Shown here in pieces: positions 36,785-49,649 of a DNA stretch of 64,000 nt (positions are counted from its first letter, which is position 1; every line of letters begins with the position of its first letter). Where the stretch lies: contig NC_087436.1 of assembly GCF_036321535.1 (NCBI RefSeq), positions 70,806,001 through 70,870,000 of the forward strand. Reading direction: 5' to 3'. A program made the position numbers and the translations under genes. The notes under the pieces were generated by a model, which was not told where the DNA came from, did no database searches, and saw only the letters and a program-made list of their open reading frames with translations. The stretch is from Camelus dromedarius (lineage: Eukaryota).

Positions 36785-37100
36785 AAATAATAATAGTGAT
36801 GACACCAAATCAACTAACGTTTATATAGCACGTTACATCGTATAAATGATTTCATATTTATCATCTCACTTAATATTTATATCAGTGTTCGTTCAACTAA
36901 TGGTAAATGATCACTGGCTAATTTTCACAGTGAATACAACAGACCTAGTGAACTCAGTGTTATAATCCTCCTTTAATCATGAGGAAATTGTGCTTAGGAA
37001 GTTTAAGAAACTTTCCTAAGAAGGAACAGCTTTTATTTAAATCCAGGATTCAATTCTAGGACTGCTTATTTTAAGTATCATTTTTTTTTATGGTACCTTG
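36785..37100 (-). mobile_element. MIR fragments
   Basis: aataatag...ctaacgtttatatagcac...atgaggaaattgtgcttagga..aggattcaattctagg. Confidence 0.65.
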
Positions 37101-37409
37101 AATATTGACCTAAAGAGTCAGCGAGTCTGAGTGTCTGTGATCTGGATCCTTAGTGCTCTATAAAAGAATTTGTTTCTGATGTACTTTTAAGCCCTAAAGT
37201 TAGTTTGAATCTTATGTTTGTGAATATCATGTCCTTGATTCATTTTCATATAAATATCTTATGCTGATAAACACTGAAGGATTTCTTTGGTTCAGACATC
37301 CTATCTTGCTACCTAAAATCCAAGGGGATTCTCTAGTATTTACAGACAAAAATAGTAAATCCTCCACCAAACAGCATGCCTTAATTTCTTATTCATTAGA
37401 TTCATTATT

Positions 37410-37540
37410 TTTAAATATACTACATGTGAATTTCATTAGAGTAGGGTTTTGTTTTGTGTGTTTTGTTCAGAGCTATATTCCCAGTATCTAGAATAATGAT
37501 CCATAGTACACGTTCAACACATTTTTGTTGAATCAGTGAA
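37410..37540 (+). mobile_element. LINE-2 3' terminus
   Basis: ttttgttca..gctatattcccagtatctagaa...catagta..cgttcaacacatttttgttgaat. Confidence 0.75.
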
Positions 37541-37597
37541 AGCACTTTGCTTTTTGTTGGTATGGAGATAAAAGTGAATGTAAAGTGCTTTGTATAC

Positions 37598-39400
37598 ATC
37601 ATTCATTCGACAAGTTAAGCATTGGCCAGGCACTGCACTAGGAACTGAGAATAAAAGATTATGTCCTGGTCAAATGATTTTATGTTGCTTTTAAATTGCA
37701 GGTGATGAAATCCAATACACTTGCTTAATCAACAAGAAACATGAAATGCATTGGCTCAGATAACTCGAAAGTTTGAGAGAAATGTGATTTCAGGCATTGC
37801 TTACCTGGGGGTTCATGTGCTATAAGAGGCTTCCTCTTTACTTCTGCCTTCTTTGTGTCAGCTTTTTTTTTTTTTTTTAAAGATAGCCTATCTTTAAGAC
37901 AGCAGGAAAGGAAAGCAATATACCTGTGGCATACCTTTAGCTAGTTGTTGCCGACTATTTCTAGAGAGTTGTAATAGAGATGAGAAGTGATTGTGACCTG
38001 AACTAGGATAGTTTCAATGGGAATGATGAAAGTAAACTAATTTGAACAGTATTTAAAGACTAGAACTGATTGGTATAGAGGAAGAGGAAGAAGAAAGAGT
38101 TAAGATGACTCCCTTTTTTGACCAGGGAAACCAGTGAATGGTAGTGCCATTAACTGAGACCAGGAACACTGAAGATGGAACAAATATTTTGAAGAAGATA
38201 AGTTTAGTTTTGCATATATTGAGTTTGAAACTCCAATATGAATTTTAAAAGAAATGGACATTCTGATCTGAAAACTAGGAAAGAAATTGGGGTTGGAGAC
38301 ATATAGTTGGAGGCCATCAACATGAAGATGGTAATTGATGCCATGGAAATAGATGAGATTACATAGGAAAGATTAGAAGAATGAGAACAGAAAAAGTCTG
38401 TTTTGATACAGAACTTTGAGGAATGCTTACAAAGAAGGGATGAATAAAGTAGGAGTCCACAAATGATACTGAGGAAAAATAACCAGAAACTTAGAATGTA
38501 GTGTCATCAAAGTCAGGGGAGAAGGTGTTGAGGACAGCATTACCAATGTATCAAATGTGGCTGAGAACATAAGAAATGTAAGGACTAAAATATATTGGAA
38601 ATTGAGGTGGAGGGCTTGTGAAGAGCACTTCAATGGTGGTGGAAACCAGACTGCAGTGTGTAGAGGTGTAGTTAGAACTGAAAATACAAGTAGCAAACTT
38701 CCCATATATTTTTCTGTCAAGAGAGGCAAAAAGTAAGATATGACTTAAGCAGGATATGGGATTGAGGAGGGACTTTTGTTTTTAATTGGGAGAGAGTGAA
38801 AAATATTTGAGCACTGATGGAAAGGAGCCAGTAAGAAGAGAGAAGTTGGAGACACAAGAAAGAGGAAATAACAGAGCAAGGCTGAACAGGTGAGACAGTA
38901 AGAAGGTGAGAAGAACTGGGTCCAGAGCATAAGCAGAAGGATTTGTCATTGATAGGAAGGGCAATACCTTTTTCCCTTCAAGAAGAAGCAAGGAAGAAAA
39001 GGATGCGAGCAAATACAGGAGGGATTATTTCAGCCTGGTGATTGCAGATTGAAGGACTTTATTATTAAAGTAACTATATGTCCTGGTTTGTCTGGGAAAA
39101 TCTTGGTTGATACCTGCGGTCCTGGTGTAATTATGGGAGTATCCCCCTTATTCTCAAAATTGTCTCAGCCTGGATGAGAAATTATATAGTCATCTTACTT
39201 AGGATGGCTCCTTTTTTTCTTAGTGGCATTGGCGGTGGGATGCAGACACAGGATTGAGGAGAATGGGAAGGTATGAAATAGTAGCTGTGGAGCGTGGGAA
39301 AGCAGACTGACCAGAGCAAAAGAGGCTGGAAGACGGTACTGCAGGCTCAGGTGAGTTGGGATTTTGATTTTCTAGAATTACCACTGTATATCCGTCACCA
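37598..39400 (-). mobile_element. LINE-2 (fragmented, 3' end through RT), with nested MLT1 and hAT pieces
   Basis: cattcattcgacaag..gccaggcactgcactagg terminus, then a purine-rich body. ORF 38427..38729(-) contains ILVLTFLMFSATFDT (LILLDLSAAFDT). Confidence 0.75.
39067..39196. mobile_element. MER96-like hAT MITE
   Basis: gtaactatatgtcctggtttgtctggga...gtcctggtgtaattat...ctcaaaattgtc...aaattatatagtcatct, with imperfect terminal inverted repeats. Confidence 0.7.
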
Positions 39401-39404
39401 GACA

Positions 39405-39565
39405 ATAACCCTCGCAGACCTGTACCAACATGACTATTTATAGGTGAGAAAGCTGACTCAGAGAGGTCATATCACTTGCTCAAGGTCACAATAATAGAAG
39501 GTAAAGCTTGGATTCAAACCCAAGTCCTTTTGATTCCAAAATCAGTACACGAAACTACTACCTTG
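39405..39565 (-). mobile_element. MIR fragment
   Basis: ttataggtgagaaagctgactcagagaggtca..tcacttgctcaaggtcaca...ggattcaaacccaagtc. Confidence 0.8.
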
Positions 39566-40554
39566 TACCGTCATGAAACCTTTCGGCATTTTAGGTGGTG
39601 CTAAGCACTTCCTGTGCTCTTGACTGCCATGCTGTGCTGTGTGATCTTTCCTCATTTAAAATATGGAGTTGTTATTGCTTTGATTATGCACATGTATGTG
39701 GGTTATATTCCAAGTCTGTAAATTACACTTTTGGAAAATACTCCTTTCACACTATGTGTAAGTTTGGAAACAAAGCTAGGAGAGCGAAGACCTTTGGTTA
39801 TGGTTTATTGCTGTGTGCTCTCAGCTGAAGTGTCACAACACACTGGTTTGGACCACTGGCTGTGAGGAAAGATCACTAGCAATATGCTACTAATAACAAT
39901 CATTACAGGGCAGTCTGCATGTGATTTACTTGGAAAAAAAAAAGGAATTAAAGGATAGTCTAAGTCATCTTTTATGTGTATGTTGGGCACGGGGAAGTCA
40001 TGACCTCTGTGATTCCATTTTCTTCTTCTTACCTTTTCATTATGGTGGGTTGGGAAGCACATTCCACTTTCCAGACTGCTCTGTATATGCAGGGCAGGAG
40101 GGCGATGGAAGAGGTGGGGAGTGATCTGGATCCTTTGAGTGGGACTTCAGAGCTTTCACTGGCACTTTGTGTTGCTAAAGATGAATTCCCTATCATGTTT
40201 GAGATAGAAGGAGTTTTGGTTTTTGGAGTAAATACTTGCACAAACCTTTGATTAGGCAAAGGTAAAATAAAATCCTATTCTGGGCTGCTGGATTTGGAAT
40301 GAAAGAAATCCACCTGCTCCACAAAGCAATGTAAATGACTGTGTTTTCTGTGATCACTACAGCATTTCTAAGAGATTATTATGTGGTTAACTGCTTTGAT
40401 TTCTCCTGAGGAGCTAGAACAAAGGTGGAGTTTTTGCAGTGGGAAGAGTGAATGGGTCCTAGGAAGTTGGTTGAGAGCTGACGAATGACTGATGGATTTT
40501 AGGAATAGGATTTCCTCCTATTTTGCACTGTAATTAACTGTTTTCATAAACTTT

Positions 40555-40670
40555 TCACTTAGTCAACAGACCTTAACTGAGTACATACTATGTGCCAGGC
40601 ACTATTCCAGGTGTTTAAGGTACAAGAGTGACAAAACAGACAAAGATTCCTGACTGGGGATAGTTTATAT
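40555..40670 (-). mobile_element. LINE-2 3' terminus
   Basis: tcaacaga...actgagtacatactatgtgccaggcactattccagg...acaaaacagacaaagattcctg. Confidence 0.8.
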
Positions 40671-41921
40671 CATAGCAGAATTCCTTCAGTGAAGTCTTTT
40701 GAAGAATAAAGCCTTGGGTCAGCTGTGTTTCGGAGAAAGGAAAGTGGTGTCTAGTTTTGAATGAGGTGAAGCAGAGACAACTTCATTAGCATGGGGAGAT
40801 GGCTGGGGTGGAGAAAAATGATGGGGAAGACTGGCATAGCCACAGCCAGCAGGATGTAAGCTCCCCTTGTGAATTCTCAGCACTAGTGAAGGGGCCTGGA
40901 TTTTGTGTAGCCACACATAATGGAGACCCAGATGGTAATTATTTAGGTATTGAAAGAAGGGAGAGTCCAGGAAGTAAGTGGGCTTCTATGTGATACCTAT
41001 AATAACATGAATTTAATTCTTAAACTGTCAACTGTATTACCTGGAGTGGGAGAAAAAGAGGTGGCATCAGAAATACTATACACAGAATTGAGCTGGAATC
41101 TCATTTACGTCCATTGCATTAATGAATGTCATTATCTGTCATGAATGTCCACTGTGGAAGAAAGGTTGAGAATCACTGGTGCATCTGTTCACCAGGAATA
41201 CATGTACTAACATGGAGCAAAAGTGACTCGTCAATACGGCTTACTAAAAGCAGCATAGACATCCTCTACCTAATAGAATCCTAGATTACATTTTTCATGA
41301 GCTATTTCCAGACAGAGATGTTTTCATTTTCAACCCAAAGATATTGTCCATATAAATATTTCCTCCACTCACCCTTTAAGGTCATAGTTATATGATTAAT
41401 GAAATGATTGTTCTTGAAGAACACAAATTATGTAAGAATAATTTTGGCTATTATGATATTTTTCTATTCATTATTCTATTTTCTTTCCAGAGTTTTTCTC
41501 CACTAATGAAATTATGTTCATTTTATTCCAGGTACATCAATGAATAATGCCTTTTTGTGTTCTCTGATTACATTTATCATGTTAAGATGCACTTCCAAAT
41601 TCAGTTTAGGCTTATATTTTACATTATATTATGGCACTCGTTTGGTTTCCTAATCATACAGAACACCAAATGGACTTTCAATTCAACTTCATGCTTAGGA
41701 AGTTATTGACCTAAAACAGTTATTGAACTTCTGGGTAGTATTAATGAGATATAGAGAACTTACAAGAACAAAATAAAAACATTTCAACTTCCAGCTATAT
41801 ATAAATAAGTTTTCTTTGTCCTGTATGTGAAACCTTTCCTTAGCTTCAGCTTTGTCTTAAACATCTCAATATCCTTTAAAATTCCACATCAGATCCTTAA
41901 AATTCATCAGTTAGTAAAGCC

Positions 41922-42405
41922 TGTTATGCTAGGTACAATATTGCCCACTCCCAGCCCAAAGATGTCCGTATTCTAATCCCCAGAACCTGTGAATATGTTG
42001 AGTTACATAGCAAAGTGGAATTAAGATTGCTAATCAGCTGGATTTAAAATAGATTATCCTAACTTATCTGGGTGGTCCCAATAAGATCACAAACATCCTT
42101 AAAAATGGAAGAAGGAAGCAGAAGAAGAGTTAAAGGGAAATGCAATTACAGACGGAAGGCACAGGGAGATACCATGTGGCTGGCCTTGAAGATGTAGGAA
42201 GAGGACCATGAGCCAAGGAATGTGGGTGACCCCTAAAGGCTGGAAAGGGCAAGGAAAAGAATTCTCCTCCAGAGCTTCCAGAAAGGAAGCAGTGCTGCCA
42301 ACACCTTGATAGCAGCTTCTGACCTCCACGATGGTGAGATTACCCATTGTGTCATCTTAAGCCACTAAGTTTGTGCTAATTTGTTAGAGCAGCAATGTAA
42401 GTATA
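41922..42405 (+). mobile_element. MLT1D-like solo LTR
   Basis: cccaaagatgtcc..ctaatccccagaacctgtgaatatgtt...gattgctaatcagctg...ccatgagccaaggaatgtggg...gcaaggaaa.gaattctcc.ccagagcttccagaaagga...aagccactaagtttgtg.taatttgtta.agcagcaat. Confidence 0.9.
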
Positions 42406-42489
42406 TCTGCTATTTGCGAGATTGTAATATTCATATTTTGGATGTCTCATCTTTCTCATTGTACCCTTTCTGCTTCTTTAATGATATGA

Positions 42490-44880
42490 GAGGTGTAGAT
42501 AAGCCTGAGTAAATCCATTTGGGAGAACTGACATCTTTACTACATCGAGTCTTCCAATTAATGAACATGGTATGTCTCTCCATTTTTCTTTTTAAGGTCT
42601 TCTTTGCTTTCTTTAATAGGCATTTGTAGTTTCAGCATATAGAGCTGTATCCCTTTTGTTAGACTTATACCTAGTGTTTCACTGTTTTATTTATTATAAA
42701 TCATATTTTTAAAAATTGCTTTCTAATTGTTCATTTCTAGTATATAGAAATATGATTAGTATTTGTCTGTTGACTCCGTATACTGCAGTTTTGATAAAGT
42801 CAGTTATTAGTACTAGGTACTTTGTTTTTTTCCTTTTGATACATTACTAGAGATTTTCTATATGGATAATCATATCATCTATAAATATAAGAAGTTTTAT
42901 CTCTTCCTTTCCAATCTGCTTACATTCTATTTCTTTTTCTTATTTTGATGCATTGGCTAGGACTTCCAGTATGATAATGAATAGGAGTGGTGAGAGTCAT
43001 GTATTTGTCTTGTCCCCATTCTAGGGAAAATATTCAATCATTTACAGTTAAAAATAATGTTAGTTGTATTACACGGAGGAAGTTGCCTTCTCATCCTAAT
43101 TTGCTGAGAGGTTTTTTTTTAAAATCATGAATATGTATTGAATTTTGTCAAATGCTTTTTTTTTTCATCAAATGATTTAATTTTGTGAGTCTCTTTTTCT
43201 ATAGACTGTTAATATGGTGGATTACATTGGTTGAATTTCGAATATTGAATCAGCCTTGTACTCTTTGGATAAATTCCACTTGGTTGTGGTATATTATTCT
43301 TTATATAGATTGCTGCATTCAATTTGCTACTGTTTTATTGAGGATTTTTGCACCTGTGTTCATGAGGATTATTGATTTGTAGTTTTCTTTTGTTGCGTTG
43401 TCTTCGTCTGGTTTTGGTACGGGAGGAATGCTGACCTCAAAAACAGAAAGTGTTCCTTGATCTTCTCATTTTTGGAAGAGATTGTGTAGAATTTGTGTTA
43501 TTCTTTCAATGTTTTGGTAAAGTTCACCAGTGAAACAACCTGAGCCTAGGGATTTCTTGTTTGGAATGTTTATATCCATTAATTTAATTTCCTTAATGCT
43601 TATGATACTATTCCAGTTTCCTGTTTCACCTTGGATACATTTAGTTTGTGGCTTCTGAGCAGTCTATTTCATCTGTGTTGACAAATTTATGTACGTAGAC
43701 CTCTGCATAGTATCCCCTAGTTTTCCTTTCAGTGTCTGCACAGTCTGTCGTGACATTCCCTATTTCGTTCCTATTTTCAAACTCTTTGCAGTCCTGTTTG
43801 CATCTGACCTGTGTGTGTATTATTCACTGGCAAGTCTGAGACCTGAACAATGTTCTAATTCTCAGCTTAGTTCTCAGAGTCTTTCCTGTGCTGACTAGGG
43901 TCAGATCCATGCATGTACAGCTTGGGGGTGAGACCAGGAGTCACAGCCAAGTTCATAGGATTGCTTTCCTGTGCTCCTTCCTCTCTGTGATTTCCCTATC
44001 ACTTCCCAGTTCCCCGAGACACCGCTTTTCAGTCCTGCTGCCAGAAAGCTGGAATTTGATTTACTCTGGCAGGCAATTTTCTTTTATTTTTTCAAAATTT
44101 ATTTTTATTGAACTATAGTTGATTTACAATGTTGTGTTAGTTTCAGTGACTCAGTTATACATATACATATATATCCTTTTTCAGATTATTTTCCATTATA
44201 GGTTGAAACATTGAATATAGTTCTCTGTACTATACAGTAGGTCCTTATTGTCAATCTGTTTTATATTTAGTAGTGTAAATGTGTTAATCCCAAACTCTTA
44301 ATTTATCCCCTCAACCTCTTTCCCCTTTGGTAACAATAGTTTGTTATCTATGTCTGTGAGTCTATTTCCAGTTTGTAAATAAGTTCATTTGTATCTTTTT
44401 TTAATTTTAAGATTCCACATATAAGTGATATCTCTGCCAGGCAATTTTCATGACTCCACTAGTGTTTGTGGGTTGGCGGTCGAAAGACAGAGAGAGAAAA
44501 ACAGTGAGGGCTCAACCCACTCTCTTAGGACTTAGGACCATAGATCTTCCAAGTGGGGAGGAAGTTCCCCTTCTTTCATAGTTTTAGGCAACCCCTGACC
44601 CACTCCTCAGCCCTAAACTGAAGAGTTTTTCCTGGAACTATTTTGTCTTCACTGAGGCTTACTTGCGGATTTCAGGCTGCTTGGAGTTCAGGCCAGGGGA
44701 TACCGTGGTAGAGAAAGGTAAATGCGCTGCTGTTTCATTGAAGCTCCAGTCTTGTCCTTTCTCCTAATACACCTGCTCCGAGATGTCAGATAGCTGCCCC
44801 GCACAATCTGTCTAGGTTTTTAGCTAAATTCAGTGCAAGAGACAGGATAGAATGTGTTTATTCTTACTCCAAACTGGAAC
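42490..44880 (-). mobile_element. Old L1M (ORF2 portion plus 5' region)
   Basis: tttgggagaactgacatcttt..gagtcttccaat..atgaacatggt, gcattggctaggacttccagta..atgaataggagtggtgagag and gaggatttttgcacctgtgttcatgagg. Confidence 0.85.
44082..44431 (-). mobile_element. L1 3' end nested in older L1
   Basis: tattgaactatagttgatttacaatgttgtgttagtttcag...tatacagtaggtcctt...gattccacatataagtgata. 18-bp TSD ctctg(g/c)caggcaattttc at 44064-44081 and 44432-44449. Confidence 0.92.
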
Positions 44881-47624
44881 CAAACAGAACGTTTTTATTA
44901 GATTGGAGGGTAATGCACTTTGAACTGATGAACCTTTGCGATTGGACGCTAGTTCCCTGTTGCAATGGTGATGATAATGAGGGAGTTCTATGAAGATCAA
45001 AGTCAAACAGCTTCTTCATAGCTCCACTCAGGGCTGCCTCAGCTCCCAAACTCATTATCCTCTGTACCCTGCTCCCTGCCCCGCCCCACCATGGGCCTCC
45101 TTGAAGGCCACAAATTAAAGGATTGGAGTCCTTTTCAACTCAGGGACACCACTTACCATATGCCTTAGTGTTATAGGGGTGCCAGCTGAGCATCAGAGAA
45201 TTCCATCCTCATTGCCCGATTTTTCCAGTCATTGATGGTTTCGGTTGTCACATTTGCTAATTTTGTCATCGTTTTCATGTGACATGTGTAGTAAACTTAA
45301 AGACCATTGTATGTAAGATTTCTTGGATAAAGTATGAGGATCCTTATATTTCTATAGCTTCACCTTAAGCTATTAAAAAAATTTTAGGCTACTAGTTAAC
45401 CGATTCAGGAGAATATTGAAACGGTGAGAGTTCACGCTGCTCTAAAGCACACAGAAAGATGATTACATGTAATTTGCTGGAATCCTCCTGTGTTTATGTC
45501 ACCAGTAAATCTCCTGTAAGCAGTTTAGTTGTTCACACACTGAAAAGTATGTGGATTAGGGAAAGTAAAAGACTGTGTGGGAATTTATAAAGATCAGCAA
45601 CGTTGGCTGGCCCTATTGAATCCAATTTTCTCTTCTTCATGATCAGCTTAGAATCAGAATATTATTGCTGAGATGGACTATTATTGCTGAAATAAGACCG
45701 TTAGTTTAAGCTATGGGAAAAGAAGAACACAATTAAATGGTGTGCTCCAGGTTACATAACTGGTAGATGCCAAGGCCAGGTGGGGTATAAGGTACAGGTC
45801 TTCTGACTTCCAGCCTGTTGTACCGTGTTTATGAAGCAATTCTGAAGTATTAGTGGGGATGGTGTTCAGGGTGGTGCCAGGGGCCACCAGCTGTGATAGG
45901 CATGCAGGGAGTTTATATCCTTTTGAAGCCTATATCCTGGCTTTGGTTCTTGATTAGGGTGGTTGAATTCTTCTCTGTGCTTGTGGATGCATTCAGCTTA
46001 CAGGTCAGGAGAGGGCTAAAGGTCAGGGTGTTCGTGACTCTGCACTCTGGTCACTCACCAGGACACTGTCACAAGCTTTTGCTTTTGGTATATACTCAGT
46101 TGTCTTGTCCACGATCACAGTAATGAAGGCAAACATTCACGAGGTCATCTGGGGTGCCAAGCAGCAGGTAATAAACAGGTGAGCCAGGCTCAGTCTCTGG
46201 CCTCGGGGGGCTCTGTGAGTGTGTCTGCATCTGCGGGGCTTTTCCTGAGCTAAACAAATATAATTGGAGGCCAGCCTTTTTTCCTCTTCCTCTTTTCTTC
46301 TATTTTGTATTTAGTATTCTTTCTAAATGTGAGAAAAACATTTAAGAACGATTTAATCTTGCTTGCCCTTTTGAAGGCCCTAGGGTGTCTCTGGTGAATC
46401 CAGAACCAGTGCTGTAAGCAGATAGATTCTTAATACTGCCTCATTAAAGGGGTGAGCACAGTTTTTTCTGGTTTCTTCAACACCCCAGCAGCCTCACATC
46501 TTGGAGTGCTCCTAAGTCTGTGTTCCTGTCCTCTTCCCCGCTAGTATCTGAAGGGTGCTCAGTGTTTCTAGACCCAGCGTTCTCATCACCTGCTCTGATG
46601 CTGAGTGGCTGGGCTCTGTCCTCTGTGGCATTTGCCCTGGGCTGGGCCCTGTTCTCTGGCTCATTGCTCCTTGCTCCTTGTCAGCACTGATATCTTGGCT
46701 GGACTCACCCAGTTACACAGAACGAGTTATCAGCATACACCTATATGACTGCTAAATAAATCATATGCCAACTACTGAATTATTTAAAAAAAAAAGAAAG
46801 AAAAACAGACACTTGTTGCAGTACAGTTTTCTTTGGAAAAAGAAGTAGAGTGGGTAAAGCTCATGGTAGCGACTATAGCTAGCTTTTGTTCTTTGAAGTT
46901 TAATTCTGCTAGGTCATAACATCTAATATTTTCAAAGTGATGATAGCTAATGAGGTCAAAGAGGCATGATGGCTTCCAGGGATTTTGTTTCCTGGACTTG
47001 ATGCCTTTGGCTTCTTTCATATTTTATGTCTTCAAGGATTTAAACAAATACTTAAGAGAACTTGTCACACAATATGTAACACAGTATTTTTATTTAGAAG
47101 TAATATAACTGATGATTGTGGTACATAGTCGTCAGAGCCAGTTCAGTGAAGCACCGGATACACTGGCTTCTGCAATCTAGGTTAGGTGTCTTTCAGAATT
47201 GCTATGCTTCATAGTGCTTTGCTAAGATTGGAAGCCCAACAGGTTTACCTGGAGGCCTTCATTCCTCAAGGGGGAATCCAAGAGACCACAGGCTCTACAT
47301 CTAGAACACAGGGCCCTCTGAGGGCTCTTTCAAGGAGTTTTAGTGAGGATCGATTAAGGCAAATCACTTAGACTTCTTCAGGACTTCCAGATCCAAGGCC
47401 TAGAACTTTCTGTAGCAACTTAGAGTAAAGGGGAGTTCGTGAGGTATTTCTGGACCCATGTGCTGATCTGTGGAGACTCGGAACCCATAAATGAGAGTCA
47501 GCTTAAAGTCACTGGCTTATACCTTCAAATATCAGGAGAGAGGGGTGGTAGCAATATTGGTCTGAGGGAGTCCAAATGCCATGGAACAAAATTATAATTT
47601 AAAAAACAATAACTCATAAATAAT

Positions 47625-48030
47625 TTTTAAAATGGCTACCATTTATTAACTGTCTTACTTGTCACATGTATTTACTCATTACATACCTCTTGGACATACT
47701 ATTATTTTCTCCCTCTTACAGACAAGCAGACAAAAATATTGTTAATTGCCCAAGGTCTCATGGATGGAAAATGGAATTTTAATTTGTGCCAAATGCAAAC
47801 CGTTTAAATGGCTCTGGGTAGAAATAAAGGGCATTGCTAAGAATGATCTTGTCCTTGCTATAGTAACAATGTTCAATCACAGTTTTAGATCTGGAAGGCG
47901 CCCTTTGATTTTATGGTGGGCAATCAGAAGCCCCACAAGGCTCATTTGCTCAAGATCATACAAGTCATAAATGGCAGAGCTGAGGGTAAAACTCATGTCT
48001 TTTGATGACCAAGAAAAAGTTCTTCCATTA
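47625..48030 (-). mobile_element. MIR fragments
   Basis: aatggctaccatttattaac...ttacagacaag...ttgcccaaggtc, and ttgctcaagatcatacaagtc.taaatggcagagctg. Confidence 0.6.
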
Positions 48031-48037
48031 ACTTTTT

Positions 48038-48209
48038 TTTTCATTAAAAAAATGTTATTTTATTGAGCTATAGTCAGTTTACAACGTTGTGTCAATTTCC
48101 AGTGTAGAACACAATTTTTCAGTTATACATGAACATATATATTTATTTATTGTTGCATTTACTGTTGCATTCTTTTTCACCGTGAGCTACCACAAGATCT
48201 TGTGTATAT
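48038..48209 (-). mobile_element. Young L1 3' end
   Basis: Same subfamily as 30718-30920 (tccagtgtaga.cacaatttttcagttatac.tgaacatata, gagctacca.aagatcttgtg). TSD ttccattaa(c/g)ttttt at 48023-48037 and 48210-48224. Confidence 0.88.
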
Positions 48210-48549
48210 TTCCATTAAGTTTTTGATATTAGAATTCAGAATGTTATGAAAGTGGAATTGTCTGCTGGCAATCATACAGTAACCAGGAATCTGCTACCAT
48301 CTAGTGGGTCAACTGAGTAATGAATCTTTCCAAAAACCTTCAGATACTTGGCAAAGAGCAGCATCAAACACATACACAGGATACTTTTGTCAGAGAATGC
48401 GGGTGAATAAGGAACTGTAGAGGTTGTCTGGTCTACATTTTACAGGTAGAAAATGCCTTTCTGACCAAACCACAAACAATCTCTTTTATCACAACTTTGG
48501 GTGTAGCTTTAGAGAGTTTTCTCTTCCTTAACTGCCAGGCCCAGTGGGC

Positions 48550-48721
48550 AGAGGCAGTGATGCCCAAGTTGAGTGCACGGGGTCTGAGGCACATTACCCA
48601 GCCTTGAACCCCAGCTCCACCACCGTTTATTAATGGGTAACTTTCAGCCAGTCACTTCATCTCCTGATGCGTCAGTTTTCTGATTTATAAAACTGGTATC
48701 ATTATTGAAGCTATCTCATAG

Positions 48722-48772
<51 letters not shown>

Positions 48773-48845
48773 TGAATATGAAATAGTGCAGTTAAAGTGT
48801 TTTGAACAATGCCTGCCACATAGTAAACAATAATTTTCAGCTATT
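48550..48845 (+). mobile_element. MIR SINE carrying a (GT)n expansion
   Basis: gttgagtgcacggggtctg...ttgaaccccagctccacc...tcagttttctgatttataaaa...aacaatgcctgccacatagtaa. Confidence 0.82.
48724..48770. repeat. (GT)23 perfect microsatellite
   Basis: Read directly from the sequence. Confidence 0.97.
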
Positions 48846-49649
48846 AAGATAAAAATTTTTGATGGGCTCTAGTTAGAGATCTTGAAGTGATCTAAGTCTG
48901 GGCTTAGCTCAGTGGGATCACGGATCAGGTAACATTTCTCTGAACCAATCTCCATTCTAGCCATTTAGAACTAACTCTGTTCCTTGGAAAATAGTTCTTC
49001 AGTGTCTTGTACAGTGCGGGGTTTTCTGTGTCGAGCCTGACTCTGTACTCTGTGGGGGCTGTGCTCCCACAGCAGGACCCAAATTAGCCTGATGCTGGGG
49101 GCGGGGGCACTTATCCCTTTTCTTCCTCAACAATTCTTACAGTTGGTTGGTATCATGAGAGTGAGTGACAGTGTAGGCTACTCTTCAGCAGCATGCAGAT
49201 GATGCTGAGTTCTGGCCTCATCCTTTACTAACTGGTCCCTGGGCAGGAAACTACAGGCGCAGCTGGTCCTGGAGAGTGATGTCTTAATGGCAGGTTGGGC
49301 CCATGCCAGGAGGACATGGGCAGTGGAGCCCTGGATGACTTACACTGGGGAATTCCTTGGGATACGACACAATATCCTCCTCATCTTCCTCAGCTATCAT
49401 CACAGACCGTGGGAGAGGTCTTGGAAAAAGCCACAGTGTGGACCTGAATGATGCCGCATGTGTGGGAGTGATAAAGTCCTAGCATAGCATTTCAAGATTG
49501 CAGACCTCATTTCCACCTCTCAGTTGGAATGTTTTTCCTTTCTGTTGGATCTCAAGTGCAGAAGGTTAGTTAATGATGTTAATCATACTCTTCAGTTAAT
49601 GCATGTTATCATCTTTGGTTCATGTAAGGCCCAGCTCTTGTTTAATTTA

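Noticed and set aside
47130..47590. GC-richer block that might be an ancient LTR or Gypsy piece
   Set aside because: I could not identify termini, motifs or a reading frame, so I left it unannotated.
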